Positions 61,933 through 64,000 of a DNA stretch of 64,000 bases are shown one piece after another. A model generated the notes under the pieces. The model was given only the letters and a program-made list of their open reading frames with translations, was not told the DNA's origin and did no database searches. Source of the stretch: Psammoneis japonica (Eukaryota); assembly GCA_008632985.1 (NCBI GenBank), contig QPGO01000022.1, forward strand, positions 124,001 to 188,000, given 5' to 3'. How positions within the stretch are numbered: position 1 is the stretch's first letter; each line of letters opens with the position of its first letter. A program made the translations under genes and the position numbers.

Positions 61933-63382
61933 ATGGATAAGCCAGGAACGCCCGACATTCTCGAGTGCGATGCGTCTGACCTCGCGTTGTTTCTTCTCAA
62001 GAATCGTTTCCAGGAGGACGCCTTTGCAACAGCGTCATATCTTCTCCAGTGCGCTGCAGCTCTGCCCGACGCCGAGGCAATTTCAGCTCAAATAGTTGGC
62101 GAACCAACGGATGAAGAGAAGCAAGAGCCGGCCGCCAAGAAAACTTTCGGCTCTGATTTTGGCGATGCGATTTCGGAACCGAGTGATGTTTCGTTAACGA
62201 CACCTCGGGCCAAGTTTCAGTGGACATTTCACGAGGAAGGTATTCACTTTGTGAATGCGAAAGAAGAACATCTTCTCGTTCCTTCAAACTCCGTCGAAAG
62301 GATGGTGTTGTTTCCGAAGCCTGAGGACTGTCGGAAACATCACGAGTCTGTTGGGGACATGGTACTTTTGATTTTCAAAACGGGGGAAGACGATGCCCGT
62401 AAGGACGTTCTCTTTAGGCAGAAGAAGTTGAAACAAATTTGCCTTCAACTCCCGACATCCTCACCGACAATTGACCAAGGAGAAGAGGACGAAAGAGATT
62501 GGACGGAGCTTCTTTGCACCAGTCTTGATTTGGATCCACAAGTCCAAGTGGCGCGAGTCTACAACCCAACACTTGAAAAAAACAAACGAAGCGGGTATTC
62601 GTTCGAATCGTATCAGGAAGATAACGTGTCCACAACCACGGGGTGTATGCCTTTCGTCAAATGCCATAAAGGGGTTCATGATGGGGCTCTATATCCAATG
62701 AAAGAAGGTATTCTCTTCTTCAAGTAAGTTCGCTATCACTTCATATACATAATACTTACGTCACGTTCTTCTCTCAATTCTGTCCTCACTTTTCCTCTAA
62801 CTTTTCAGGCCTCCATTTTTCTTGCATCGGTCTGAAATGCACTCCATTGCCTGTGGCCGAGGCTCGGGTGGGTCCCGTTATGTTGATATGGTTGTATCTG
62901 TAGTTGATGGAGATTCCCAGGAGGAATTAGAATTCAAAAATATTCACCGAGATGAATTGAAGCAGTTGAACTCCTACATTCATGGGACTTTGATCCCCGC
63001 AATGACAAAGGATGCCGGTGGAGAGATCGTGGAGGAACGTGTCGACGGCATTGACAGTGACGCTTCTTCAACTCCAACTGCATCCTCTCAGAAACCACGT
63101 TCGAGCAAGCGAAAAGCCTTAAGAGCAGCTAGGGAGCGAAACCGTATTGAAGTCGCTTCCTTGCAAGCCACTGAATCTGACGAGGAGACGGAAGAAAATG
63201 ATGACAGGTGGGATTCGTCAGAGGAAGATCATTCAGTTTCCGAGGAGGACATGTCGGTGAATGGTGTCAATGATGTCATGGTCGATGAGTCTGAGGAAGA
63301 TGATGAAAACTACGACGGTGCTGAAACAGAAAGCGAGGACGACGACGATGAGCCCATTCAGAAAAGAGCTAAAACATACTAA
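61933..63382 (+). CDS. Rtt106/SSRP1-like double-PH histone chaperone
   Basis: VKC..G..DG.LYP..G.LFFK|PP...EF.NI.R.E...L..YI pattern and acidic tail. Intron 62724-62808. Start codon uncertain. Confidence 0.8.
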
Positions 63383-63462
63383 TCCGATGGACTGCAACCT
63401 TTGTTCACATGAAATGTTTTGGCGAAAGCGGAGTAATGGATGGCACATTATTGTTGGGCACA

Positions 63463-64000
63463 TTATTCACTAGTCTCGTTGCCTTTTTCTGACACCTTGA
63501 TGTTTCGTAACGAGCTCCAGCAGCTGTCAGTGGTGCAGTTTTCGGCTGCACAGCAGTCCACTAGGTTCAGCTTCAATGGCGGTAATGAATAGCTCATAAC
63601 GTCGTGAATCGAAACGCCCATGTCATCCGTCATGTCTGCGGCAATCATGTCGATTTGTGAACGATTCAAATGTTGCGTTTGATCCAATAGAGGTTTGCAG
63701 CGACAAAAAAGGTGAAGAAGCCGAGATGGCTCTTCAGACTGACGGCAGTGGCGGTGCAGCAAATACTCAGCTCGAGTCTTGGGGGTGAGCACCTTCAGTA
63801 CATCGTCCTCTTGTAAAACCCTCCTTCGTTTTCTTCCTTTGTCTTGTCCAACGAGCTGGGTAGCCATCCAACGCGCTTCTCGAACCGCCTCTTTCAAGTA
63901 GGACTCTGGAGGCGTTGACCTATGGAATACGATGCCAGACTCATCCAACCACGCTCCTTCTTCTATTGCCTCGATGTCAAGACCTTTCCCAAGAAGAGTC
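63463..64000 (-). CDS. 3' part of a hypothetical protein running off the window
   Basis: ORF 63463..63948 appears open to the window edge and has normal composition. Confidence 0.5.
   Translation of the reverse strand, partial: TLLGKGLDIEAIEEGAWLDESGIVFHRSTPPESYLKEAVREARWMATQLVGQDKGRKRRRVLQEDDVLKVLTPKTRAEYLLHRHCRQSEEPSRLLHLFCRCKPLLDQTQHLNRSQIDMIAADMTDDMGVSIHDVMSYSLPPLKLNLVDCCAAENCTTDSCWSSLRNIKVSEKGNETSE

Overview
Eukaryotic DNA, almost certainly from a diatom. The evidence is GT-AG introns of about 80-190 bp, a diatom-specific-type cyclin, a silaffin-like secreted protein and a CesT-like protein. The window has two compositional states. Host genes of ordinary composition lie at 1-5.2 kb, 37.7-40.0 kb and 44.3-64 kb. 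Two repeat blocks lie at about 5.3-37.6 kb and 40.1-44.2 kb. The first block is a nested transposon graveyard: a Helitron-type Rep/PIF1 element, a CRE-like LINE interrupted by a complete Ty3/Gypsy element with paired LTRs and a CAAG TSD, a Copia-like gag remnant, and a Ginger/KRBA2-type integrase element. The main observation is that both blocks are strongly depleted of the TpA dinucleotide. Conserved Tyr codons in the elements are systematically converted to His (CAY) or Cys (TGY), including the Helitron catalytic YxxKY and the RT YxDD. Paired LTRs and local duplications differ by reciprocal TG/CA and TA/TG changes. This points to a repeat-targeted TpA->TpG/CpA (A:T->G:C) hypermutation, the reverse of fungal RIP, that is partly decoupled from CpG decay. 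All family assignments are by motif recognition, and dinucleotide depletion was judged by eye rather than computed.
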